Below are positions 54,534 through 63,757 of a DNA stretch of 64,000 bases, piece after piece; within the stretch, counting starts at the first letter, position 1, and every line of letters starts with the position of its first letter. The notes under the pieces were generated by a model. The model ran no database searches. It had not been told where the DNA came from and saw only the letters and a program-made list of their open reading frames with translations. Source of the DNA: an uncultured Methanosarcinales archaeon (lineage in GTDB: Archaea; Nanobdellota; Nanobdellia; Woesearchaeales; CAXGTL01); NCBI GenBank assembly GCA_964645705.1, contig CAZYAB010000003.1, positions 70,068 through 134,067 of the forward strand. Reading direction: 5' to 3'. The position numbers were made by a program, and so were the translations under genes.

Positions 54534-55262
54534 CTATGATCTCTTCCTTTTCTTTTTACCTGTTCTCTTTGAAGCTAACATGCCTACTTTTCTTCCAGGA
54601 GGAGCCCCTCTTGGTGCAGGTCTTGCTTTTGACTTTCTAGATGAACGTGAAGTTCCAAATGGATGGTCAACTGCATTTTGTGCACCGCCTGATACTTTAG
54701 GCCATAATTTGTTCTTAGCTCTCATTTTATAATATTTAACACCCGCCTTTAGAAGTGGTTTTTCTAATCTTCCACCGCCTGCAATTGTTCCAATGCAAGC
54801 TCTGCAGTTAGGGTTAAATCTTTTTTGTTTTTTTGAAGGAAATTGAACAATTGCATATTTGTCTAGTTTGCTTACTATTTTTGCAAATGATCCTGATGAT
54901 CTGACGAATTTTCCTCCGTCTCCAGGTTGTGATTCAATATTAAATATTAGTGTTCCTTCTGGAATATCTTTTAAAGGCATTATGTATCCTTTTTTTGCTT
55001 CTTCAATACTTGCTCCTGATAATATTTCATCTCCTATCTTTACACCTTCTGGAGCAATCATTAGGCAACGTTCATTATTTTCAAACTTGATCTCAATTAG
55101 AGGCGCTGAATGCCCTTTGCAATGTATTATGTCTGTGATAATCCCTTTTACAACTTGTTTTTTCACGTTATTGAAACTAGCTCTGCCTTTGTACTTGAAA
55201 CTAGGCGCCCTATATCTTGGGCCTCCTTTTCCACGTGCTTGTTGAATTAATCTTTTTCCCAT
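54534..55262 (-). CDS. rpl2: 50S ribosomal protein L2 (uL2)
   Basis: MGKRLIQQARGKGGPRYRAPS...GGAQNAVDHPFG. Confidence 0.97.
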   Translation of the reverse strand: MGKRLIQQARGKGGPRYRAPSFKYKGRASFNNVKKQVVKGIITDIIHCKGHSAPLIEIKFENNERCLMIAPEGVKIGDEILSGASIEEAKKGYIMPLKDIPEGTLIFNIESQPGDGGKFVRSSGSFAKIVSKLDKYAIVQFPSKKQKRFNPNCRACIGTIAGGGRLEKPLLKAGVKYYKMRAKNKLWPKVSGGAQNAVDHPFGTSRSSRKSKARPAPRGAPPGRKVGMLASKRTGKKKRKRS

Positions 55263-55275
55263 ATTATTCCACCAA

Positions 55276-55647
55276 TTACATCATTCCTAGCTGTGTTGCA
55301 ATATCTATTGCAGGTGTTTCATCACTGAATTTTACGTATGCTCTTTTATGCCCCTTTTGTGTTATCAAAGTTTTTACATTGATTACTTTTACTTTGAATA
55401 AATCTTCTATTGCTTTTTTTATTTGTGATTTTTTTGATTTTAATGATACTCTAAATATTAGTTTGTTTTGTGCTTCCATCAGTCTAATTGATTTTTCAGT
55501 TGATACTGGATAAATAATAATTTTATAAGGATCATTAAGTTCTTTGATCTGTTTTTTTACTTTTTCAACTACTTTAACTTGTTTTTCTGTTTTTTTCTTA
55601 GTTTCTTCAGTTTTTTCTTGTTTTTTTGTTTGTTTTTTCTTTGCCAT
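55276..55647 (-). CDS. rpl23: 50S ribosomal protein L23 (uL23), with a K-rich N-terminal extension
   Basis: IIYPVSTEKSIRLMEAQNKLIFRV. Confidence 0.93.
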   Translation of the reverse strand: MAKKKQTKKQEKTEETKKKTEKQVKVVEKVKKQIKELNDPYKIIIYPVSTEKSIRLMEAQNKLIFRVSLKSKKSQIKKAIEDLFKVKVINVKTLITQKGHKRAYVKFSDETPAIDIATQLGMM

Positions 55648-55656
55648 AAGTCACCA

Positions 55657-56463
55657 TCACATAAACAATTTATCCTTTTCCAATTTTTCAATTGCTCCTT
55701 TTGTGAATAAAGTTAGTCTACCAATGCTGCATCCTGGTGCTAGTAATTCTGCATTGATATTCTTTATTTTAACAATGTCAATTCCTTGGATGTTTTTTGC
55801 GCTTTTTAGCAATGCACAATCATCTCCAACCACTAATAATGGTCCTTTTTTTCTTCTATATCTTCTACCTCTTAACTTGCCTTTTCCTGCTCTTATTTTT
55901 TTAACACTGCACCTTTTTAATTCATTTTTTAGTCCAATAGAAACAAGAGCTTTTTTAACATCTTTTGTCTTTGATAGGTTTTCAAAATCATTGTCAATTA
56001 TAAATGGATAATTATTAGGCATTTTATGTCCTCTTTTTTCTACAAATTCTTTGTTTAAGCAAGCTGATAATGCGCATCTTATTGCTTTTCTTCTCTCTTT
56101 TTTATTTATCTTCTTTGATACATTTTTTTCAGCTTTTGGCGGGTGTGCTCTTCTTCCGCCTATTGTGCCTGGTACAAAAGCACCTACCCAATTAAATCTT
56201 GTTCCTCTTCTTGACATAATCTTTCTAGGAACTCTTGATATGCCGTGTCCATATGATCCTCTGTATTTTCTTCTTCTTCTGCTTAGTTCTGCAGAGGATT
56301 TCATTCCTGCATAAGGATCAGATCCGTATGGTTGATAATTATGACTTTGTATTGCTAATACACATCTCTTTACTATATCTTTTCTAATCTTTTCAGAAAA
56401 TTGTTTAGGCAGATCTATTTTTCCTGTTTCTTTGTTTTCCTTATTAATTATGTTTAGTTTCAT
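55657..56463 (-). CDS. rpl4: 50S ribosomal protein L4 (uL4)
   Basis: GSYGHGISRVPR...GGRRAHPPK. Confidence 0.95.
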   Translation of the reverse strand: MKLNIINKENKETGKIDLPKQFSEKIRKDIVKRCVLAIQSHNYQPYGSDPYAGMKSSAELSRRRRKYRGSYGHGISRVPRKIMSRRGTRFNWVGAFVPGTIGGRRAHPPKAEKNVSKKINKKERRKAIRCALSACLNKEFVEKRGHKMPNNYPFIIDNDFENLSKTKDVKKALVSIGLKNELKRCSVKKIRAGKGKLRGRRYRRKKGPLLVVGDDCALLKSAKNIQGIDIVKIKNINAELLAPGCSIGRLTLFTKGAIEKLEKDKLFM

Positions 56464-56467
56464 TTTT

Positions 56468-57448
56468 TTATCTACCTTGTTTTGAATCTAGGCTAATGTG
56501 TGTAATGTCAGGAGCATTGCTAGGAATTAGTTTGTTTGATCTCATTGGATCTGTTAGTATTATTAATCTTTTCTTAGGACCGGGTATTGAACCTTTTATT
56601 AGAATATAATTGTTTTTTACAATGCCGTAGTTGATAAATCCGCCTTTTGGATTAATTTCTTTTGCATTGTCTGCTATCTTTATAATCCATTTATTGAATT
56701 CTGTTCTAAGATGGTAACCCATTCTTCCTGCCATTGGAGCAGTGAATTTGATCTTTGCAATTCCTTCTGATGATTTTACTGATTCTCTTCTAGATTTTTC
56801 TGATTTATGGCTTCTTAGACCTACACCATATCTTTTTACAACTCCTTGATATCCTTTGCCTTTTGTTACAGAATGAGCATCTATTTGTTGGCCTGGTTTG
56901 AATATGTCTGATACACTGATTTCTTTGCCAAGATTTTCTTTTGCATATTTTAATTGGTCTTCTTTATTTCCACCAATCCTTAGTTCGAATAATTCTGGTT
57001 TTTTCTTGCCAATACCTGTTAATTTAGGCTGTGTGTAGATGTTTACTCTTATTTCGTCAAAATCTTTGAAATCATCTACCTTTTTCTTGCTTTTGTTTAT
57101 TTTTATTTTTCTGCTTAGTTCTTTATCAAGTTTATCTGCAAATACTTCACCAATTAATCTTATACCATAAGTAGAAGGAGAATTTTTGTAAAAACGTATA
57201 GAAGCAATTTTGATGTTTGGGCATTCAATGACTGTTACTGGGCAGCTTATTTGATTGCCTTTTGTTAATGATGTTTTTCTGTTATCAACATAAAGAACAT
57301 GTGTCATGCCTACTTTATAACCAGGAAACCCTAAGAGTTTGTTTTCTTTTGATTTTTTATAAGACCTTACTCTAGCTGTTTCTTTTTTAGCCCTTTTTCT
57401 AGGCCAAAACTGCAAACTTCCTGCTCTTGGTTTTCTAGTTGTTGGCAT
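56468..57448 (-). CDS. rpl3: 50S ribosomal protein L3 (uL3)
   Basis: PRAGSLQFWPRKRA...GYKVGMTHV. Confidence 0.97.
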   Translation of the reverse strand: MPTTRKPRAGSLQFWPRKRAKKETARVRSYKKSKENKLLGFPGYKVGMTHVLYVDNRKTSLTKGNQISCPVTVIECPNIKIASIRFYKNSPSTYGIRLIGEVFADKLDKELSRKIKINKSKKKVDDFKDFDEIRVNIYTQPKLTGIGKKKPELFELRIGGNKEDQLKYAKENLGKEISVSDIFKPGQQIDAHSVTKGKGYQGVVKRYGVGLRSHKSEKSRRESVKSSEGIAKIKFTAPMAGRMGYHLRTEFNKWIIKIADNAKEINPKGGFINYGIVKNNYILIKGSIPGPKKRLIILTDPMRSNKLIPSNAPDITHISLDSKQGR

Positions 57449-57727
57449 TGTATTTTATAGTTAGCTTTAAACACCCCAGTATGAGTTAATAATGCTTTTG
57501 TTCAGCATTAAACCCGTCATAAAAACCATAATTGTTATTTATCAGACAGAATAAGCTTTGTTTGCCTCATCTGTACTGAAAAATTTGCTTTTTCAGGCTT
57601 AAAGACAGTTAGTCTGTGTTTAATTATTATATGTAGAGTTTAAACACACCTTCACTTTATGTTGTTGAAAATTTAATTCATTTATAAAGGTTACTAATTT
57701 TCACCTAGGAATTGTATACTAGCAGAA

Positions 57728-59059
57728 TTATGCAGTCTTTTGCTTTTTTTGTTGTTTTTTAGTTTTTTTCTTATTATTAAAGTTCATATACTTAACTTTT
57801 CTAATAGAATAATTAACAGGGTTCTTTATTTTATTACATAAATTGTCTGGTTGACACACGTGTAAGTCCTTATAATACATTTGATTTTCGCAGTTTGGCG
57901 GAAGTATTTTGTCTTTATTATGTTTTTGATATCTTAATTGGCCAACAATGTAGTTTTCTCTTAGTGTTTCTTTGTTAACTTTGTTCCATTCTTGAATTCT
58001 TTTTTCAATCTTGTCATAAGGCCAGTTAACAGATTTTAAAAAATTGATCAGAATGAATAATGATCTTTTTTTGCCATCTTCCAGACCTTTTAGAATAAAT
58101 TTTATACATGGTGGAAAGAATTGTTCAGGGACAGCTTCTTGGAATTCTTCAAAATCTTTTTTCCATTTGCCTTTTTCTTGTTCACTAATCTGTTTATATT
58201 TTTCTTTTTCTAACTTTTTACTGTCAAAGTCAAATGCTTGTACAAATAATTGTTTTGCTTCATTTTCTTTACACTTTGATCTGTCTAAGAATTTGTATCT
58301 CTCATCAACAAGAACGTCTTTAGAAATAGCTGTTTTTTTATCAAAATCTAATACTCTGTTTGGATCAATTGGCACTGAAATTAAACCAGATTTTTCATTG
58401 AATGAATATGGGGCTCTGTACAAGTGTCTAGATGAGATTAGGATTGTGTCTATTTCTAGTATTGAGAATGGATCAAAATCATCCCCTCCAACAGTGTTAT
58501 CAATTTTTAATATTTCTTGTTTTAAATGATCTCTTATCATTGCTTTTAGATAATTAGCAATTGTTCTTGGTGCTTCTGGAAATAATAATCTTGTATCTAC
58601 CAATTTTCCTTTATCTATTATCATCTTTGGAAATGATTCATATGGAACACCAATATGAAAACCATGGTTTCCTGAGAATTTTATACTTATTGCTTGTATA
58701 TTATGATATTTTAATGCTTGTATTATTAAGTGAGCAGCTATTTTTGAATATTCAAGATTGTCGCAGTCAATATCTAAAACAAGGTTCCAGCTTTTTCTTA
58801 GTTGGTCTAATTGTTTTCTGTTTAAATTAGGACTTAGTTGTAATGTGTTATTCCATAGTTCTTCTGAGCAGTGGAAGCTTGTAATGCCTTGTTTAACAGC
58901 TTCTAAGATTTCTGCAGGATATTGTATTATGTCTGGCCTTTTTCCAAAACCACTTCCACCGAAACTTCCTACTACTTCTTTATCTTTAGAATGCTCTACA
59001 ATAGCTTGCTGAATAGGTTTTCTTTTATAATATAATAAGAGTTCTGATTTTGAGATCAT
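57728..59059 (-). CDS. Fused DNA primase: PriS catalytic domain plus PriL-CTD-like Fe-S domain
   Basis: PriS motifs are LVLDIDCD, FSGNHGFHIGVPY and SSRHLYRAPYSFNEKSG. The C-terminal part has FFPPCIKFILKGLEDGKKRSLF and the Cys set PPNCENQ...HVCQPDNLC. Confidence 0.85.
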   Translation of the reverse strand: MISKSELLLYYKRKPIQQAIVEHSKDKEVVGSFGGSGFGKRPDIIQYPAEILEAVKQGITSFHCSEELWNNTLQLSPNLNRKQLDQLRKSWNLVLDIDCDNLEYSKIAAHLIIQALKYHNIQAISIKFSGNHGFHIGVPYESFPKMIIDKGKLVDTRLLFPEAPRTIANYLKAMIRDHLKQEILKIDNTVGGDDFDPFSILEIDTILISSRHLYRAPYSFNEKSGLISVPIDPNRVLDFDKKTAISKDVLVDERYKFLDRSKCKENEAKQLFVQAFDFDSKKLEKEKYKQISEQEKGKWKKDFEEFQEAVPEQFFPPCIKFILKGLEDGKKRSLFILINFLKSVNWPYDKIEKRIQEWNKVNKETLRENYIVGQLRYQKHNKDKILPPNCENQMYYKDLHVCQPDNLCNKIKNPVNYSIRKVKYMNFNNKKKTKKQQKKQKTA

Positions 59060-59139
59060 ATATTTGGGAGGTTTTTGGGGTTTATATGTTTTGTTGTTTT
59101 TGGTAATGTTTATATATTCTTAAAAGTATATTTGTTAAT

Positions 59140-59517
59140 ATGATAAATAATTCAGACCAAATCCTTGAACACCTAGAGAAAATCAAGAAAAATAAAATCT
59201 TAGTAATAGTCGAAGGAAAAAACGATAAAAAAGCTCTTGCACATTTTGGCATAACAAATGTAATGGTATTATATGGAAAAGCTTTGTATCAAGTAATAGA
59301 AGAAGTGGTTGCAAGAACTAAGGAATGCATTATCTTAACAGACTTAGATAAAAAGGGAAAACAATTATATGGTATGTTGAATTCTAAACTTAGTCAGATG
59401 GGTGTTAAAGTTGATAATAGGTTTAGACATTTCTTGTTCAAAGAAACTAAGCTAAGACAGATAGAGGGTCTTGTAACTTATGTTAATAAATTAAGTGAAA
59501 AAGGCTTACAAAAATAA
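59140..59517 (+). CDS. Small stand-alone Toprim-domain protein
   Basis: ILVIVEGKNDKKAL (Toprim Glu) and CIILTDLDKKGKQL (DxD). Confidence 0.75.
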   Translation: MINNSDQILEHLEKIKKNKILVIVEGKNDKKALAHFGITNVMVLYGKALYQVIEEVVARTKECIILTDLDKKGKQLYGMLNSKLSQMGVKVDNRFRHFLFKETKLRQIEGLVTYVNKLSEKGLQK

Positions 59518-60033
59518 ATTAATCAGAATCATCAAACCACCAGAAATACAACAACCAATCAAAATATAAGTTCCTACTTTTAGTGCGTCTAATTGTTTTC
59601 TTATGACTTGTTCTAATTCAAATATTTCTTGTGCATATTCTTCAACAATGCCTTTGTCATTCTTAACTAATTTTAATAATTCTTTTTCATAATTTTTCTC
59701 ATTTAATCTCCCTGTTTCGTGTGTATGGAAGAATATGTTTAATCGTTTTCTGCTCTTTTTTGTTGTTAGTTCTGCTGCGCTTAAGCTAAATAATATTGCA
59801 AGCATTGTTCCTGCCATTATAATAATAACACCAGACCTGAATAATAATATTTCTTCTAAAAATGATTTTTTGAATATTTCATTTATTACAAAGCTTAAAA
59901 TTACACCAGATATAACAATTAGATAATGTGTTTTTGTAATTCCCTGTTTGTATAGCTCAATGTGAAGCTTTAGAATATCACTTAGTAGCATGCTTTTGCT
60001 AAAATTTAAGTCAGGGAACCTCTTTTTTGTCAT
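59506..60033 (-). CDS. Hypothetical membrane protein (3 predicted TM helices)
   Basis: 175-aa ORF with hydrophobic segments HYLIVISGVILSFVI, GVIIIMAGTMLAILF and TYILIGCCISGGLMILINLF. Confidence 0.6.
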   Translation of the reverse strand: MTKKRFPDLNFSKSMLLSDILKLHIELYKQGITKTHYLIVISGVILSFVINEIFKKSFLEEILLFRSGVIIIMAGTMLAILFSLSAAELTTKKSRKRLNIFFHTHETGRLNEKNYEKELLKLVKNDKGIVEEYAQEIFELEQVIRKQLDALKVGTYILIGCCISGGLMILINLFL

Positions 60034-60068
60034 AATATGTTGTTTTTAGGTAAAGAAGTTTATAAAGT

Positions 60069-62267
60069 TTACTCTTCATACTTCTTGTCAACAACATCCT
60101 TAATCTTTTTTGCTTTTTTTTCACCAATCAGTTCAACTTGTTTAAGTTCATTTTCATCAGCATTGATTATACTCTTTACAGATTTGAAATGTTTTAGTAA
60201 AGGTTTTGAAAGAGTAGCACCAATACCTGGCAAAGCGCTTATCAAATATTCTTGTTGTTCTTTTAATGTTAAAGGTTTCTTATCTCCGTGTAATGAAAAT
60301 TCTTTTGTTGTTTTATCTTGTTCTCTTTTTGCAATCAATTTCATTAATTCTGCAGTGTCTTTGTAATTCTTTGTGTATAAGATAGGAATTCCGTAGCTGA
60401 TTGAAATAGTTGCAAGCATTCCCCTTATTGCATTTGGGTTGATGTTTCTAACAGAATAAATGTCTTGATCACCCTCTATGATTATAATTGGTAGTTCAAA
60501 ATTTCTTTTTAATTCTTTTAATTGTTGTAATAGTCTGCCATCTATAATAGAATTGACAAAGTCTTCTGTTGTTTTATACTCAACACCAACTCTGCTTGAT
60601 AGTATGAAATCTCCTGTATTAAGTTTATCTAATCTTATGTTGACATCATTATCAATTAGTTCTTTTATTACACCAGAACCTTTTTCTCTATAATCTGCAA
60701 ATATCTTTATTTCGGGTTCTGTTTTTTTCACATAATTGGTGAGTGGAATTTCTCTTTTCATTATTTTGAACTTCTTTTTTAATTCTTTTAAAGACCTAAA
60801 CATCTTTTTTTCTTTATGAAAAGCACTCCATCTGTACGCAACGTCTCTTGTACCTTCTGTAACTAAAACAATTATTTCACCTTGTTTATGTCTTGCTGTT
60901 CTGCCTCTTCTTTGAATGCTTCTGATTGCACTTGGAACAGGTTCATAAAATATTACTTGATCTACCTTAGGAATGTCAAGACCTTCTTCTCCTACACTTG
61001 ATGATACTAAGATATTGAATTCGTTTCTTCTAAAAGAATCTAAGATTGCGATTTGTTCTTTTTGTGTTAAACCAGAATTTCTTTTTTTTGCTTGGCCAAC
61101 AAATAATCTACTCTTAATTCCCGTTTCCTCAAGTTCTTTTACAATTCTAACACCACAATCTCTGAATTGATTAAAAACAATTATTTTTATGTCTTTGTTT
61201 TCATTTACTTGTTTTTTTAATATGCTTATTAACTCATTTAGTTTTGGATGTTCTATACCTTTTTCATGTAATTTTCTTGTCTTTATAAAAGCTGATCTAA
61301 AGTTTATATCTCTGACTAAGTTCTTTGTTGCTTTTGTTTTTGTTTTTTGTGCTCTGGACATTAGATCATTCATGTATAAATATAAAGGCGTTATTCCTTG
61401 TGATTCTATTAGTTCCAAAGCGTGATGTATCTTCATTGCTTGTGCTAATAATGATATTGATTGAAACAATTCCATTGTTTTTTCTGTTCTTACTTGGCCT
61501 TGTAATATTGCTTGTAGTTTTAATAAATCTCTTCTTGATAAATTAGAAATTTGTGATGAATCAATATAACCATTATTTTTTACTTCTGTTAATTTATCTT
61601 TTAATGCATTTTCTAAGAATTTCTTTATTGACTTAAATTCTTCTGGCAATTGGACAGTGACCCATTTAATGTCTGATTTTTGTACATATTGTTTTACATC
61701 AGGATCATCATCTGTTCTTATCTCTAGTTCTTCTATCAATAGATTATCACAAACTTCTTTTATTTTTTCTGATTTTGAACCAGGTGATGCTGTTAATGCT
61801 AATATTCTTGAATACTTTGCTGTTTTGTCATATTGTTTTGCAATCCAGACATATGAATAATCACCAGTTGCTCTGTGCGCTTCATCTATTATTAATAAGG
61901 AAACTTCTTTTAAATCAATTTTATTATTTATTATGTCATTTTCTAATCCTTGCGGTGTTGATATAATTACTTTTGCATGTTTCCAATATTCTGCTCTTTT
62001 GTCAGGCTTTACATAACCAGTAAACATTACTATGCTTTTTTCATCTATGTGTTGGGAAAATGTTTGGAAATGTTGTTCAACCAGTGGTTTTGTTGGAGCT
62101 AACATTAATATCTTTTTATCAGGATGTTGGTTTAGTCTGAAGTCTGACATCATCATTGCTATTCCTGTTTTGCCCAAACCTGTTGGAAGTACAACTAAAG
62201 TGTTGTGAGTTGTGCATGTTGAGAATATTGTTTCTTGGTATAGTCTGGGTGTGAAGTTTATGAGCAT
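60069..62267 (-). CDS. hef: Hef-type helicase/nuclease (SF2 DEAH helicase + ERCC4/XPF nuclease + HhH2)
   Basis: PTGLGKT, IIDEAHRA and QRRGRTAR. The C-terminus has ADYREKGSGV...GDF..., IIIEGD and HhH (ALPGIGATLSKPLL). Confidence 0.93.
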   Translation of the reverse strand: MLINFTPRLYQETIFSTCTTHNTLVVLPTGLGKTGIAMMMSDFRLNQHPDKKILMLAPTKPLVEQHFQTFSQHIDEKSIVMFTGYVKPDKRAEYWKHAKVIISTPQGLENDIINNKIDLKEVSLLIIDEAHRATGDYSYVWIAKQYDKTAKYSRILALTASPGSKSEKIKEVCDNLLIEELEIRTDDDPDVKQYVQKSDIKWVTVQLPEEFKSIKKFLENALKDKLTEVKNNGYIDSSQISNLSRRDLLKLQAILQGQVRTEKTMELFQSISLLAQAMKIHHALELIESQGITPLYLYMNDLMSRAQKTKTKATKNLVRDINFRSAFIKTRKLHEKGIEHPKLNELISILKKQVNENKDIKIIVFNQFRDCGVRIVKELEETGIKSRLFVGQAKKRNSGLTQKEQIAILDSFRRNEFNILVSSSVGEEGLDIPKVDQVIFYEPVPSAIRSIQRRGRTARHKQGEIIVLVTEGTRDVAYRWSAFHKEKKMFRSLKELKKKFKIMKREIPLTNYVKKTEPEIKIFADYREKGSGVIKELIDNDVNIRLDKLNTGDFILSSRVGVEYKTTEDFVNSIIDGRLLQQLKELKRNFELPIIIIEGDQDIYSVRNINPNAIRGMLATISISYGIPILYTKNYKDTAELMKLIAKREQDKTTKEFSLHGDKKPLTLKEQQEYLISALPGIGATLSKPLLKHFKSVKSIINADENELKQVELIGEKKAKKIKDVVDKKYEE

Positions 62268-62298
62268 GAATTTGTGAGAAGTTTAAGGTTTATATAGA

Positions 62299-62769
62299 TT
62301 ATTGTGTTTGAGCAATAATATTGTCTAGATCTTGTGCAGGGATAGTAATTATATAATGCGCTGGTGTAGTTGTTCTACTACCTAGGTAAAGTGTTGGTGT
62401 GTGTTTTTTTACATGTCTTACAGAAAAATTATCTCTTTCAGAGATAAAAAATGTATAACCTATGTCTTCTACTTTTTCATTATACCCATACACTTCTTTT
62501 AGATATGACATAACTTCGCCAAGTTCCATGACATTGTTGTTGTTTGCATCGTATGGGGCTAATTGCCGCATTAGAACTTGTTTTCTTCTTGCATTTAATT
62601 GTCTTGCTGGTTCAAGTGCCCATTTATCAATAAAATGTCCAGAGGTAGCAAATGTTGCTACACAAAAAAGAAGTATTGCACTTGCTTTTAATGGAAACCA
62701 TTTTCTTGCAGCTATTTTAACAGCTTTTTCATATAAATTTCCTTGTTCTTGATCTATACTTTGTTCCAT
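62299..62769 (-). CDS. Hypothetical single-pass membrane protein
   Basis: 156-aa ORF with one TM helix (ASAILLFCVATFATSG). Confidence 0.6.
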   Translation of the reverse strand: MEQSIDQEQGNLYEKAVKIAARKWFPLKASAILLFCVATFATSGHFIDKWALEPARQLNARRKQVLMRQLAPYDANNNNVMELGEVMSYLKEVYGYNEKVEDIGYTFFISERDNFSVRHVKKHTPTLYLGSRTTTPAHYIITIPAQDLDNIIAQTQ

Positions 62770-62822
62770 TGTAATTATATTTAATAAGAATTGAATTTAA
62801 ATAATTTTGTATTGTAGAGAAT

Positions 62823-63041
62823 CTACTTCTTAACTTCCATATACCCGCACTTACCACATGTTTTTCTGTCTTTGTGTTCTGCCATGAATACGCTAGGGCC
62901 GCATTTTGGGCAAGTTGTGTTCTTTCTTGCTAATTTGTTGCCTTCTATTTTATAGTTTTTGTACTTAGAACTAGTTTTTTTTGGTTTTCTTTTGATCTTG
63001 CCTTTTTTCTTAACTGGTTTGTGTGCTCTTTTCTTTCCCAT
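62823..63041 (-). CDS. rps27ae: 30S ribosomal protein S27ae (eS31)
   Basis: Zinc ribbon [24 protein letters not shown]. Confidence 0.9.
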   Translation of the reverse strand: MGKKRAHKPVKKKGKIKRKPKKTSSKYKNYKIEGNKLARKNTTCPKCGPSVFMAEHKDRKTCGKCGYMEVKK

Positions 63042-63057
63042 TCATTTCACCAATTTG

Positions 63058-63116
63058 CCCACCGCAGGTTCCCCCGGCCACCCGCCCCTATGTCTTCTAG
63101 GAACTGATTCTTAGGC
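63058..63116 (+). repeat. C-rich intergenic repeat, copy E7
   Basis: CCCACCGCAGGTTCCCCCGGCCACCCGCCCCTATGTCTTCTAGGAACTGATTCTTAGGC, with four C3+ tracts (loops 10, 5, 1). It lies between the rps24e stop and the rps27ae start. Confidence 0.7.
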
Positions 63117-63119
63117 TTA

Positions 63120-63560
63120 TTACTCTTTCTTTGCTTCCTCTTTTTTATTTTCTTTGGGTGCTTTCTCTTTCTTTGGCTCTTCCTTTTTTTCTTTTACTGG
63201 TTCAGCTGGTTTTTCTTCTTTTTTGGGTTCTTCTTTCTTTGCTTCTTTTTTAGCTGGTTCTGCAGGTTTTGCTTCCTCTTTCTTGGCTTCTTTAACTTTC
63301 TTTTTTTTTACTAGAGATTTCATTACTTTTTCATTTTCGTAAACATGTGCAATTACTTTTGCAGTTTCCTCACCAAACTTGCCATAAATATGTCTTATCT
63401 CTATTAGATCTTCTTTTGATTTTAATTTACTAGCTAACTCCTTTTTCAAATTTGCTTTGCTTGGAGTTGTACCTTTGAATGTAACTTCGGCAGTTATTCT
63501 TTTACGTGATAATAAAGATGATTCTTTTTGTTTAAGTATTTTTAAGTTCATTTTCTTCAC
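63120..63560 (-). CDS. rps24e: 30S ribosomal protein S24e (eS24), with a K/E/P-rich C-terminal extension
   Basis: LLSRKRITAEVTFKGTTPS...IRHIYGKFG. Confidence 0.9.
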   Translation of the reverse strand: MKKMNLKILKQKESSLLSRKRITAEVTFKGTTPSKANLKKELASKLKSKEDLIEIRHIYGKFGEETAKVIAHVYENEKVMKSLVKKKKVKEAKKEEAKPAEPAKKEAKKEEPKKEEKPAEPVKEKKEEPKKEKAPKENKKEEAKKE

Positions 63561-63745
63561 TTTTTCTTAATTGCATATTCTCCTTTTACTGTTTTGCCTA
63601 TTTTTTGAGCAATCAATGATTTTTTAGGGTCAACAATGTAAATCCTGCCTCTCCAAGATGTTGTAAATTGATTTCCTTTACAAATAGGGCATGTAGGCCC
63701 AGTGACAAACAAATCACATTTTTTACATATTTTTTTTTGTGCCAT
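63557..63745 (-). CDS. spt4: Transcription elongation factor Spt4 (RpoE'')
   Basis: CKKCDLFV..PTCPICKGNQFTTSWRGRIYIVDP. Confidence 0.88.
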   Translation of the reverse strand: MAQKKICKKCDLFVTGPTCPICKGNQFTTSWRGRIYIVDPKKSLIAQKIGKTVKGEYAIKKK

Positions 63746-63757
63746 TTTCTAATAACC

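Noticed and set aside
59506-60033. 3-TM protein as a known defence effector (its layout vaguely recalled cyclic-nucleotide-activated membrane effectors)
   Set aside because: The idea rests only on length and TM layout. There is no adjacent cyclase or sensor gene and no motif I can name, so it is left as a hypothetical membrane protein.
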